IMG/VR virus record: IMGVR_UViG_3300021959_006017
Location: 1-64,000 of that record
DNA length: 64,000 nucleotides
Reading direction: 5' to 3' (one strand)
The translations under genes and the position numbers were made by a program. Below are positions 1-9,808 of the stretch, in pieces. Positions within the stretch are counted from its first letter, which is position 1; each line of letters begins with the position of its first letter. The notes beneath the pieces were generated by a model that was not told the origin of the DNA, ran no database searches, and saw nothing but the letters and a program-made list of their open reading frames with translations.

Positions 1-1
1 T

Positions 2-1579
2 GATTTACCAGACGAATGTTTTAGTAAAGGTATATTCCTAGCAGTTGATGCTGACTACGGATATGTAGCTTGGAGTGCAGACGGCCACTACTGGAGAACT
101 ATTGACGGAACTAACATTACTCCAGCAGTTTCAAATCCAAGACTTGCTCCTGCATATGAAATGACAGATAATGCTTATGGTAATAATAGACTAGTGTTTA
201 TAGGAAGAGAAGCAGATGATAGTGCAGGCGGATATATTCCAACTCCATACACATTTGACGGAGAAGAATGGGGTACAGGATTTATTGAGTTTGGCGATTT
301 ACATAGAATAAGCTATGGCGCAGGTGTGTTTATTGCTACAGGTACAAGTACATTTGTTGGTAAATCTCAAAGCGGCGCAACATGGCGTACTTACGGTGAC
401 GACAGTTCAAACTATTCTACAACAGAACTAGGTTTCTGGGAAGGAAGCGCATACAGAGCAGGACAGTGGGTAGTTGTACAAAACGATTCAGATACTTGGA
501 ATAAGATTGAAACAGGTGCAAGACCTATAGGTAGAGCAAAAGTTGAAGCAAGTAGACTTACAGGTATAAATCTTTATGATTCTGGAAGCAACTACACAAG
601 TGCTCCTACAGTAAACATTTACGACAATGTTGCTACAATATCTACAATACCTCAAATAAATCTTAGAGATGGCGTTTTACCTCAACCAAAACTATTGTAT
701 AGAGGTCAAGGTTATGTACAGTTTGGTGCAACTATATCAGGAAACGGGTTTGCTGAAATTTATCAAATAGGTAAAAACTTTAAAGTAGAAGGGTTAACTA
801 CAATACCCGGACCGGGTGCTAACTTAGAAATAAACGGTATCGACGAAGTGAGATTTAGTATTTCAAAAGTAGTTTCTTTTAGTGGTACAGCACCAAACTT
901 TACTGCAACTTTTGAAATAACACCTACTATAGATGTTGAAGAATCACCTGATCATGGAACAGGAATGATTATTCGTGAACGCTATAGTCAGATACGTTTA
1001 ACAGGTCATGATTTCTTAGATATAGGTTCTGGTAACTTTGGAGATACACAATATCCTTTAAGATATGTAGAAGGTGTAACAGATATTAACGAGTTACAAC
1101 CATTTAATGAAACTGTAGCAAACGGCGGCGGGCGTGTATTCTATACAAGTTCTGACCAAGATGGTAACTTTAGAGTAGGTGAACTATTTGAAGTTGAACA
1201 GGCAACAGGTATTGTTACTATTAACGCATCACAGTTTGATTTATCAGGACTTACAGAACTTTCACTAGGCGGCATTCAAGTTGGTGGTAGTGCAGTTGTT
1301 ATTAGAGAGTTTTCGAAAGAGCCTAGCTTTATTGCAAACTCAAATAACATTGTTCCTACCCAACGTGCTATTAAAACCTATATTGAAAGTAGAATAAGTG
1401 GCGGTGGATCTAATGTACAAACTAACGCACTAGTAGCAGGACAAGTCAGGCTGCAACAAAATAATATAGATACAACAAGTGGTAACCCAATAATAGTACC
1501 ACCTGTAATGAACGTCAATGGCGGCGTAGATGGACATTATTTCGCCAGTATGTTCTACACTATGGGACAACATGAGTAA
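2..1579 (+). CDS. Virion structural / tail-fibre-associated protein, 5'-truncated by window edge
   Basis: Frame is open from base 2 (DLPDECFSKG...) into the tracked ORF 161..1579; C-terminal ~350 aa paralogous to the C-terminus of the next ORF (RYSQIRLTGHDFLDIGSGNF...GGGRVFYTSSDQDGNFRVG...NIVPTQRAIKTYI). Confidence 0.7.
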   Translation, partial: DLPDECFSKGIFLAVDADYGYVAWSADGHYWRTIDGTNITPAVSNPRLAPAYEMTDNAYGNNRLVFIGREADDSAGGYIPTPYTFDGEEWGTGFIEFGDLHRISYGAGVFIATGTSTFVGKSQSGATWRTYGDDSSNYSTTELGFWEGSAYRAGQWVVVQNDSDTWNKIETGARPIGRAKVEASRLTGINLYDSGSNYTSAPTVNIYDNVATISTIPQINLRDGVLPQPKLLYRGQGYVQFGATISGNGFAEIYQIGKNFKVEGLTTIPGPGANLEINGIDEVRFSISKVVSFSGTAPNFTATFEITPTIDVEESPDHGTGMIIRERYSQIRLTGHDFLDIGSGNFGDTQYPLRYVEGVTDINELQPFNETVANGGGRVFYTSSDQDGNFRVGELFEVEQATGIVTINASQFDLSGLTELSLGGIQVGGSAVVIREFSKEPSFIANSNNIVPTQRAIKTYIESRISGGGSNVQTNALVAGQVRLQQNNIDTTSGNPIIVPPVMNVNGGVDGHYFASMFYTMGQHE

Positions 1580-1586
1580 TGAATAC

Positions 1587-1594
1587 GATAAATA
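1587..1594 (+). promoter_or_regulatory. T4-type late promoter-like motif GATAAATA
   Basis: Resembles T4 late consensus TATAAATA; intergenic, upstream of GGAG + ATG 1622; motif recurs before most structural genes. Confidence 0.65.
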
Positions 1595-1621
1595 CTTACA
1601 ACAATGATTTCGGAGCAATAA

Positions 1622-4600
1622 ATGGCTGATTTTAAACTTGGTAGAATTAGATTTATATGGAAGGGGGACTGGAGTGCCTCAACTACATATTACAAAGATG
1701 ACATCGTAAGGAACGGTGGTAATACATATGTATGTATAACAGGACATACATCTAGTATTAGTTTTCCAGATGATCAGTCAAACTGGAATAAAATAACAGA
1801 TGGCCAAGAGTGGAAAGCAGATTGGGCAGTTAGCACATATTATAAAGAAAACGATATTGTAAAATATGGCGGTTATTTATATATTGCAAATACTGCACAC
1901 ACTTCAGCAGTAACAGCCACAGCAGGATTAGAAAACGATCAAGCTAAATGGGATTTGTATGCTGAAGGTTTTGATTATCAAGCAGATTGGCAGCCAAACT
2001 ATCGCTACAAAATTAACGACATTGTAAAGTATAACTCAACTATCTATCTATGTACAGAAGGCCATACTTCGGCAGCAGACTCACTAACAGGTCTTGAAGT
2101 AGATCAAGACAAGTGGGATGTGTTTTCTCAAGGTGTAAGTTGGCAGGGAGATTGGCAAACTAACACAAGATATCTTGTAAATGATATTATTCGTTACGGT
2201 GGTAGAACTTATCTTTGTAACACAGGTCATGTAAGTGCTTTAACAGCAGCACTAGGACTAGAAGCAAACCAAGCAAGTTGGGATATTTTCCATGACGGTA
2301 TTGAATACAAAGGAGAATGGGCCTCTGGTACAAGATATAAACTAAACGATTTAGTAAAATCAGGCGGAGGTATTTGGATTTGTACAACATACCACACAAG
2401 TCAAAACTACCTATCAGATGATGAAGCAAAATGGGCTCAGTTTACTGAAGGTTTAGAGTTTGAAGATAGCTGGAGCGGCACACGTAGATATCAAGCAGGC
2501 GATTTTGTAACATACGGTGGTTACTCATATGTTGCTATTACAAATAACGTAGGACAACGTCCATCGGATAATCCAACAGATTGGGATCTATTTACTACTG
2601 GTTTTAGACTAGTTGGAGATTGGGGCGAAGATTCAAGTAGTTATGAATATTTTGTAGGTGATGTTGTACGTCAAGGTGGATATACATATCTATGTATTCT
2701 TGATCATACAGGACAAGAGCCTCCGAACACAACATACTGGGAAAGACTTAACCAAGGTATTGAATGGAACGATGCCTGGACAGATGCAACCGAATATGAT
2801 TTGGGCGATGCAGTGCGCTACGGAAGCAGCAGTTATATTGCAGTGCAAAAACATACTTCAGACGAAGTTGGTACACAAAACAGACCAGATCAAGATGTAA
2901 CAGGAGACTACTGGAACCTGCTATCAGGAGGAGGCGAAACACTTCCGCTTACAACTGAAGGTGATATAGTTTACTACGGCGGCGCAGGTCCAACAAGATT
3001 ACCAATCGGTGATCCAGGGCAATCACTAAGAGTAAACGCAACAGGTGATGCACCCGAGTGGAGCTTCTTTGGAAAGATTAATCACGTATGGTATACATCA
3101 ACAGACAATGGGGTTGACAGTCCAGCACCAAACTACGGTACTACACTTGATCAACCTTGGAAAACTATACGCTATGCACTAGAGCAGATTGAAAAAGGTG
3201 CTCTATATCCAAACGCTGCATATATACTCGAAGCAAATAGAGCATTTATACAAGCAGAAACAGTTGAGTGGGTTGACTATCAGATTGCAAACGTTATTGC
3301 TCCATTTACTGGATCATTTACATACACAAAAGAAACATGCCGTAGAGACGTAGGTCAAATCATTGATGCACTTATTTGGGATTTAACACACGGCGGTAAT
3401 AAGCGTATGCGTGATGCTACACTTACTTACTTTGACAGCAGCGGCGACTTAATCGCAGAAATTGCTGACGAAGATGGTGAAACATCAGCAGCACTAAAGT
3501 ATACACTAGAACTTATTGATAGTGCTATACTACAAAGTATTGATCCTGCAACAAACTATCAAACTGAAAATGCTGTAGGTAGTCCGATAACACAAGTAAA
3601 AGATTTAGCTACATATCCTGAAGAGACTGGTGCACAAACTAGACTTGATACACTGATGGCTATTGTAACAGATGCACTAGATGCAGAAAGCTCGGCAGAT
3701 GTTCCTGCTCAAGTTATTCCAAACAATTCATTGTTTGTTAAAACTGGAATTTACTCAGAAACACTTCCGATGGTTGTTCCTGTACAAACAGCAGTTGTAG
3801 GCGATGAACTACGTTCAACACGTATTACGCCAGCAGGCAGCTTAGTAGATAGTGGTGATACAACTTATACACTAGCGGGTATTGCTAGACTACAATCACT
3901 TACAGAAGATATTGTTACAAATACAGCAGTTACAAAGACAGCAGGTAATGCTGAATCACAAGTTACAACCCGTCCAGCAGGCGGAGCTAATCCTGCTATT
4001 CATGCAGCTGATTTGTGGCAACAAATTTATGATTATATTAACTGGGGTGTAAACGGTGCATCAGGTGACTCAACAGAACCTGTATTTAATGGAACAAATA
4101 CTCCTCAAACTTCAACAGACTTCACATATGCTGTTGAAGTACTAGAAGCAAACAGAACATTCTTAGTAGAGGAAGTTATTGCATACATTGCTGCTACTTA
4201 TCCTGCATATACATACGACGAAGACAGGTGTCGTAGAGATACAAACAGATATATTGACGCTATCAAATATGATCTTATATATCAGCCAGATTCTTCAGCA
4301 ACACCAGTAGAAACTAAAGGTAACTATAAGTCACTTAGTGCAGCAAGACTATATGTAAATGCTGTAAACGGATCAACTACAGAAGATATGTTCTATATGC
4401 GTAATGCTACTGGGCTAAGAAATTGTACACTAGCTGATTTAACAGGTACATTAAGTGCTGCTAATCAGTACGGAACAAGTCGTCCTACAGCTGGAGCATA
4501 TGTATCATTAGATCCAGGTTGGGGACCAGATGATTCTAGAGTTTGGGTAACAAACAAATCCCCATATGTACAAAATGTTTCAACATTCGGTACAGGTTGT

Positions 4601-6463
4601 ATAGGTCTAAAAGTAGACGGTGATCTACACAACGGTGGTAACGACTCTATTGTTGCTAACGACTTTACACAAATCTTAAGTGACGGTATTGGTTATTGGG
4701 TTACAAACTTAGGACGTTCAGAACTTGTATCTGTGTTTACATATTATAACCATATTGGTTACCTAGCAGAGAACGGTGGTAAGATCCGTGCAACAAACGG
4801 TAACAACTCATACGGTGACTTTGGTTCAGTATCAGAAGGTATTGATGACACAGAAGTTCCTGTAACTGCTGATGTAGACAACAGGACACTTGATGCTATT
4901 GTTGATAGTGTTATGACAGATGGTGATGATGTACTTGTTCTCAACTACTTAAATGCAGGACAGAACTATACAGCAGGCGGCACAACTATTAGCATTAGCG
5001 GTGAAGGTTATGGCTTAGGTACTGTAACACCTACTACTGTAAATGGTGGCGTCTTTCAAGTTAGAATGTTAGATACTGATGTAGACGGAGACAGCACAGC
5101 AGACACTGGCGGAGCCGATTATAAAGGTTCAACAAATAGTGCGCAGGAAGGTGATGCAACTAGTATTACTATTTCAAACACTGATACTGCTTTAAGTGCG
5201 CAATACATTGGTATGGCAATATATATTACAGCAGGAACAGGTGCAGGACAGTATGGATACATTAACAGCTATAACCAAGGTACAAAGGTTGCTCAAGTAT
5301 ACAAAATGAGTGATGGTACAGCTGGTTGGGATCATGTGATCGGAAATGCTATTGTAAGTGCGCTTGATGCTACAACTGAATATTCAATCGAACCGAGATT
5401 AACACTTAGTGCTCCACCAAGTGGATTATACGCAGATACTGCAAAAGGTCGTGCTATTATAGCTGACGAACAAATTGCACGTATTGTTATTTGGGATCCA
5501 GGCACAGGATACACAAGTGCTCCTACACTAACTATTACAGATCCTAACAATACTATCGAAGCACCTACTCAAGTTAGAATAGGCGACGGTGTACTTGCAC
5601 AACCTACATTCTCAGACAGAGGTACAGCATTTACTACTGCTACAGCAGAAGTAAGCGGAGACGGTTATGCAGATCAGTATCAACCAGGAGATTTTGTAGA
5701 AGTATCAAATCTTACAGAAGAACCACAGCCTGGTTCAAATATTGTGTTTAACCATTTACCAGATAAAGTGTTTAAACTTGTTACAGTAAGAGATTTTTCA
5801 GGTGCAGGTCCTTATTCAGCACAGTTACAAGTGTCACCAGAACTTACTATTACAGAAGCACCTGAACACAACGAATCCTTAGAAATGAGAATACGTTACT
5901 CTCAAGTACGTCTAACAGGTCATGACTTCTTAGACATTGGTACTGGTAACTTTTCAGAAACAAACTATCCAAATCAACCTTTGTATGATTCGGATCCAGA
6001 AAAAGAAACTACAGAATCAGGAGGAGGACGAGTGTTCTTCACCTCAACGGACCAAGATGGTAACTTTAGAGTTGGCGACTTGTTCTCCGTTGAACAGAGT
6101 ACTGGTATTGCTACACTAAATGCTGATGCATTTAATATCAGTGGTCTACAAGAACTGTCACTAGGCGAACTTGGATTAGGAAGCACAGGTGCGGTGATTA
6201 GTGAGTTTAGTACAGATGGTACGTTTACTGCTAATAGTGATAATATTGTTCCAACGCAAAAAGCTATTAAAACATATATTACTTCACAAATTGGTGGCGG
6301 CGCAGCAACACTAAACGTAAATAGTGTAACTGCTGGTCAGATTACTATTAGTGGTCAAGAAATAACCACTAACCTTGAAACCAAAATTGATGTTCAAACA
6401 GTAATGAACTTTGAAAAAGGTGTTACGGGCGTACCAGTAGCAATGAATTATTTCTTATCATAA
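1622..6463 (+). CDS. Large virion structural/tail fibre protein (1613 aa) with N-terminal Trp/Tyr-rich carbohydrate-binding-like repeats
   Basis: Eight ~50-aa repeats W.GDW...T.Y..ND.V.YGG..Y.C...HTS...W (CBM5/12-like pattern); two 'Y...CRRD...IDA...DL' modules; beta-helix-like middle (SPYVQNVSTFG...DFTQILSDGIG); Thr/Gly/Asp-rich. Confidence 0.7.
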   Translation: MADFKLGRIRFIWKGDWSASTTYYKDDIVRNGGNTYVCITGHTSSISFPDDQSNWNKITDGQEWKADWAVSTYYKENDIVKYGGYLYIANTAHTSAVTATAGLENDQAKWDLYAEGFDYQADWQPNYRYKINDIVKYNSTIYLCTEGHTSAADSLTGLEVDQDKWDVFSQGVSWQGDWQTNTRYLVNDIIRYGGRTYLCNTGHVSALTAALGLEANQASWDIFHDGIEYKGEWASGTRYKLNDLVKSGGGIWICTTYHTSQNYLSDDEAKWAQFTEGLEFEDSWSGTRRYQAGDFVTYGGYSYVAITNNVGQRPSDNPTDWDLFTTGFRLVGDWGEDSSSYEYFVGDVVRQGGYTYLCILDHTGQEPPNTTYWERLNQGIEWNDAWTDATEYDLGDAVRYGSSSYIAVQKHTSDEVGTQNRPDQDVTGDYWNLLSGGGETLPLTTEGDIVYYGGAGPTRLPIGDPGQSLRVNATGDAPEWSFFGKINHVWYTSTDNGVDSPAPNYGTTLDQPWKTIRYALEQIEKGALYPNAAYILEANRAFIQAETVEWVDYQIANVIAPFTGSFTYTKETCRRDVGQIIDALIWDLTHGGNKRMRDATLTYFDSSGDLIAEIADEDGETSAALKYTLELIDSAILQSIDPATNYQTENAVGSPITQVKDLATYPEETGAQTRLDTLMAIVTDALDAESSADVPAQVIPNNSLFVKTGIYSETLPMVVPVQTAVVGDELRSTRITPAGSLVDSGDTTYTLAGIARLQSLTEDIVTNTAVTKTAGNAESQVTTRPAGGANPAIHAADLWQQIYDYINWGVNGASGDSTEPVFNGTNTPQTSTDFTYAVEVLEANRTFLVEEVIAYIAATYPAYTYDEDRCRRDTNRYIDAIKYDLIYQPDSSATPVETKGNYKSLSAARLYVNAVNGSTTEDMFYMRNATGLRNCTLADLTGTLSAANQYGTSRPTAGAYVSLDPGWGPDDSRVWVTNKSPYVQNVSTFGTGCIGLKVDGDLHNGGNDSIVANDFTQILSDGIGYWVTNLGRSELVSVFTYYNHIGYLAENGGKIRATNGNNSYGDFGSVSEGIDDTEVPVTADVDNRTLDAIVDSVMTDGDDVLVLNYLNAGQNYTAGGTTISISGEGYGLGTVTPTTVNGGVFQVRMLDTDVDGDSTADTGGADYKGSTNSAQEGDATSITISNTDTALSAQYIGMAIYITAGTGAGQYGYINSYNQGTKVAQVYKMSDGTAGWDHVIGNAIVSALDATTEYSIEPRLTLSAPPSGLYADTAKGRAIIADEQIARIVIWDPGTGYTSAPTLTITDPNNTIEAPTQVRIGDGVLAQPTFSDRGTAFTTATAEVSGDGYADQYQPGDFVEVSNLTEEPQPGSNIVFNHLPDKVFKLVTVRDFSGAGPYSAQLQVSPELTITEAPEHNESLEMRIRYSQVRLTGHDFLDIGTGNFSETNYPNQPLYDSDPEKETTESGGGRVFFTSTDQDGNFRVGDLFSVEQSTGIATLNADAFNISGLQELSLGELGLGSTGAVISEFSTDGTFTANSDNIVPTQKAIKTYITSQIGGGAATLNVNSVTAGQITISGQEITTNLETKIDVQTVMNFEKGVTGVPVAMNYFLS
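1655..2930 (+). repeat. Eight degenerate ~50-aa tandem protein repeats within the 1613-aa CDS
   Basis: Units begin WKGDW, WKADW, YQADW, WQGDW, YKGEW, FEDSW, LVGDW, WNDAW; boundaries approximate. Confidence 0.8.
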
Positions 6464-6478
6464 CGGAGACAAAACAAA

Positions 6479-6799
6479 ATGGCAACAGGAATATTAGGAA
6501 CAGCAGATATGGCAGCAGGTACAGAAACAGTTCTGTATACTGTTCCTGCAGATACATTTGCTGTAACAAGTGTTTCGTTCTGTAATAGAGGTAATGCTGC
6601 AATCACTGTACGACTTGCAGTGTGCGTAGCAGACACCGCAACAGCAGACGAATATATAGAATATGACACCACTATACAAGCTAAAGGTGTCTTGGAAAGA
6701 ACAGGTATTGTTCTAGATGCAACCAAAAGAATAGTAGCTTATTCAAGTGCTGAAAATGTTTCAGCAGTTGCATTTGGAATTGAGACCTCAACGGCATAA
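6479..6799 (+). CDS. Small virion structural protein (106 aa)
   Basis: GGAG RBS; beta-rich 'LYTVPA...V.FCNRG...VRLA...EYIEYD...LERTGIVL' pattern typical of small tail-region proteins. Confidence 0.6.
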   Translation: MATGILGTADMAAGTETVLYTVPADTFAVTSVSFCNRGNAAITVRLAVCVADTATADEYIEYDTTIQAKGVLERTGIVLDATKRIVAYSSAENVSAVAFGIETSTA

Positions 6800-6825
6800 A
6801 TACATTAACAAAGGAAACTACTACA

Positions 6826-7158
6826 ATGGGAAGATTTATTACAGAGACCGGAACAGCTTCTACAGTAATTCGTGAAGTAAGTGGAACCTATACAGCCGAA
6901 GTTAATGACCGTATTCTTGCAGATACAACAGTCAGTGCTTTTACAATCACTTTACCTGTTAACTCAAGTTTGTTAGTAAACGACACTATTCAAATAATTG
7001 ATGTTACTTCTAGTTTTGGAACTAATGCAGTAACATTATCAAGAAACGGTTCACTAATACAAGGCGCAAGTGATAATTTAGATTTAGACCTAAATGGTGC
7101 ATCTATTACACTTATGTATAGCGGATCAACATACGGTTGGATTATTATAGGAACATAA
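6826..7158 (+). CDS. Small tail-fibre-associated protein (110 aa)
   Basis: 'DTT..AFTITLP....ND.I.IID....FGTN.VT..RNG..IQG...L.L...GA...L.Y.....GW' is a domain commonly seen in phage tail-fibre proteins; CATAAATA at 6795 and AAGGA RBS upstream. Confidence 0.6.
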   Translation: MGRFITETGTASTVIREVSGTYTAEVNDRILADTTVSAFTITLPVNSSLLVNDTIQIIDVTSSFGTNAVTLSRNGSLIQGASDNLDLDLNGASITLMYSGSTYGWIIIGT

Positions 7159-7161
7159 GAT

Positions 7162-8046
7162 ATGGCATCACTACGATCACTACTAGACAAAGGAAGTGTT
7201 GACTCATTAAATGCAGGACCGCAGCCAGCCTATATGGAAGGTGACTACGAGTCAATGTACTTTCATACAAGATGTACACAGCAATATGAAACATCATATG
7301 GAAAAAACTGTATTGACTGGTGGCAACTACCTTCCGACGTAACAAGCACAGTTACTATGGAAGTCTGGGGCGGCGGCGGAGGCGGCGCTGGTAGTGGAAC
7401 GTGTGGTTGTAACTTTGGTTGGCCAGGCGGGTCTGGAGCATATGTAAAGAAAACATTTACACAAGCAGAAATTGCAACAGCAAAAGGAACTTGCTATTGT
7501 ATGTGTATTTCTCCAGCAAGTTGTTGCTCGCCAAACGAAACTTGTGGATACAAAGGCTGCAAAAGCTGGATTATAGGTTCAGGACTAAGCAACTTCTGTG
7601 CAGATGGCGGAGAGCCGGGTTGTACGTTGTTCTGTATGACAGGATGTGGCGGTAACTGGACAGGTATGTGTCCACACCCAAATGATGGAACATGTGCTTG
7701 TTATTATGATTGCACAGATCCAACAGTAACTGGTGTTCCAGGTAGACATGGATTTTTATACGCAAACTTCCATTGTGACAGTAACTGGTGTTATTATTCA
7801 CAAATATTTGCAGGACCACCGTTTGACGGTAACAACGATACTGTTTATCATTTAGTAAGATTCTGCGGTAACGTAGAAGCGTATCATGATAGATGTAAAG
7901 CAGGCGGCTTTATGGCAGCAGGCATGAGAGGCGATAGCGAAAATATTCCAATCGGAGTAGGTGGTAACAGTACTAGAGTATGCGGCGACGGTTGTTGCTG
8001 CGGCTGGGGTGGCGGTCCTGGTTTAGTAAGGATAAATTGGAAGTAA
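7162..8046 (+). CDS. Cys/Gly-rich tail-tip/adhesin-like protein, paralogue 1
   Basis: MASLRSLL N-terminus, EVWGGGGGG, PGGSGAY, C-terminal GGPGLVRINWK; 27 Cys in 294 aa (hand count). Confidence 0.6.
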   Translation: MASLRSLLDKGSVDSLNAGPQPAYMEGDYESMYFHTRCTQQYETSYGKNCIDWWQLPSDVTSTVTMEVWGGGGGGAGSGTCGCNFGWPGGSGAYVKKTFTQAEIATAKGTCYCMCISPASCCSPNETCGYKGCKSWIIGSGLSNFCADGGEPGCTLFCMTGCGGNWTGMCPHPNDGTCACYYDCTDPTVTGVPGRHGFLYANFHCDSNWCYYSQIFAGPPFDGNNDTVYHLVRFCGNVEAYHDRCKAGGFMAAGMRGDSENIPIGVGGNSTRVCGDGCCCGWGGGPGLVRINWK

Positions 8047-8047
8047 A

Positions 8048-8953
8048 ATGGCAGGATTAAGAGACTTATTTGGAAAATATGAACAAGTAACACAAAGCGA
8101 AATCGATGGCGGAACTATTGAAGTTACCGGCTATGACGGTAAAATGTTTACTGTTGACACATTCTGTCATCCATCGATGAATGGTCCTACTTGTTGTGAT
8201 GCTTACAACGCAAACTTAGTTTGTTACTGGTGTGTGCCAGCAGGCACAACTGGCATGAAGATTGAAATCTGGGGCGGTGGCGGCGCCGGCGCAGGTATGC
8301 GTGGCTGTCATGGAGGTATTCCAGGTGGATCTGGTTCTTGGGCTGTAAAAAGTATTACTAGCACAGATTTTTCAGACGGTGACTGCTACTTGTTGTGTTC
8401 AGGAAACGGCGGACGTTGGTGCTGTTGTCAATGTATTGGTTGCCGTGGATGTAAATCATATGTTACAGGTAACGGATTAACTAACTTTTGTGCAGATGGC
8501 GGATTTGGCGGATATGTTAACTGCTTCTGCTATATTAGACAGTGTTGTATTTCAGGACCAAACGGTGACGGACGTGGCGTAGACTATGGCTGGCACTATA
8601 TGGGTCGTAGCGGATGCTGTTCAGAATACTTTGGTGCAGACTGCGGCGAATATGGTGTTCCAGGTTGGTATACAAACTATTGTGGTTGCGGATCAGATTG
8701 TACACCGTGTTGGGTAAAACAATGGGTTCCAAACTCACCAGGTATAGTTTCAACCGGCGGAATGCATAACGGTGTTCGTGTACAAGGTTGGGCATGTAAT
8801 AATGAATACACACAATGTTCAGTAAACGGACCAGATCACGGACACTATAACTTCCCAAGAGCAATGGGCGGTGTAAGTATGACAACATGTGGTGATGGTA
8901 CTTGCTGTGGTAACCCAGGCGGTTCTGGACAAGTAAGAATCACATATAAATAA
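8048..8953 (+). CDS. Cys/Gly-rich tail-tip/adhesin-like protein, paralogue 2
   Basis: MAGLRDLF, EIWGGGGAG, PGGSGSW, GGSGQVRITYK; 31 Cys in 301 aa (hand count). Confidence 0.6.
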   Translation: MAGLRDLFGKYEQVTQSEIDGGTIEVTGYDGKMFTVDTFCHPSMNGPTCCDAYNANLVCYWCVPAGTTGMKIEIWGGGGAGAGMRGCHGGIPGGSGSWAVKSITSTDFSDGDCYLLCSGNGGRWCCCQCIGCRGCKSYVTGNGLTNFCADGGFGGYVNCFCYIRQCCISGPNGDGRGVDYGWHYMGRSGCCSEYFGADCGEYGVPGWYTNYCGCGSDCTPCWVKQWVPNSPGIVSTGGMHNGVRVQGWACNNEYTQCSVNGPDHGHYNFPRAMGGVSMTTCGDGTCCGNPGGSGQVRITYK

Positions 8954-8962
8954 GGACAGGAA

Positions 8963-9796
8963 ATGGCAAGTTTAAGAGATTTACTAAACATAGAAACAGC
9001 AGCAGATCTAGCAGGACAAGCCGGCGCTGTACCTGGAAAACAATGGGTAGCACAGGCTACATGTCAGCAGTGTCAGTTTGACTCTTACGGTGACTGGTGT
9101 TGTAACGTGTTTATTGTTCCATCAGGTACATCAGAGATTATTTTCGATGTATGGGGCGGCGGTGGCGGCGGTGGCCGTTCAGCATGCTGTGGCGCAGGTG
9201 GACCAGGTGGATCCGGTGCTTGGGCACGTAGATGTATTAATAGTGAAGAGTTTGGCATAGGCGATTGTTATAGAGTTACAGTCGGTCGTGCTACTTACTG
9301 CTCACAAGATCAGACAGGATGCGCAGGTAACTATAGCTGTGTATGTAGTATTGAAAACGACTTTGTAAGAGTTTGTTCAGAAGGCGGCGGACGTGGATGC
9401 TGGTATTGTTTTGCAGATTGCTGTACAACTAATGCATACTGCACATGTGAGCAAAAATGTGCTTACGGTGGAGACATTAACGTAAAAGGACACCCAGGTT
9501 GTTTCTGGCACAGATGTTTAGAAGATCACTGCTATGACAAGATAGGTTTTGCTTATCCAGGCGGACTTAACAACAAATGTGGCGGCGTTGTTTGGACACA
9601 AGTATGCTGTAAATATGCACACGGCTCAGCACTACAAAACTATGCAATAGGTATACTTGGTAGTACTGCAGGAAGCCAATATTGCTGTAACGGTTATATG
9701 CCAGGAGTAGGCGGCGGAACAATGCCAACAGAAGACGGTGTATGTCGCTGTGGACTACAAGGTACACCAGGATTAGTAAGAGTAACATATAGATAA
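8963..9796 (+). CDS. Cys/Gly-rich tail-tip/adhesin-like protein, paralogue 3
   Basis: MASLRDLL, DVWGGGGGGG, PGGSGAW, GTPGLVRVTYR; 30 Cys in 277 aa (hand count). Confidence 0.6.
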   Translation: MASLRDLLNIETAADLAGQAGAVPGKQWVAQATCQQCQFDSYGDWCCNVFIVPSGTSEIIFDVWGGGGGGGRSACCGAGGPGGSGAWARRCINSEEFGIGDCYRVTVGRATYCSQDQTGCAGNYSCVCSIENDFVRVCSEGGGRGCWYCFADCCTTNAYCTCEQKCAYGGDINVKGHPGCFWHRCLEDHCYDKIGFAYPGGLNNKCGGVVWTQVCCKYAHGSALQNYAIGILGSTAGSQYCCNGYMPGVGGGTMPTEDGVCRCGLQGTPGLVRVTYR

Positions 9797-9808
9797 GGTA
9801 AAAATAAA

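Noticed and set aside
7162-9796. Diversity-generating retroelement or RiPP precursors as explanation for the Cys-rich paralogues
   Set aside because: No reverse transcriptase, no near-identical template/variable repeat pair seen; proteins are ~290 aa with a structural Gly-rich pattern, not short precursors.
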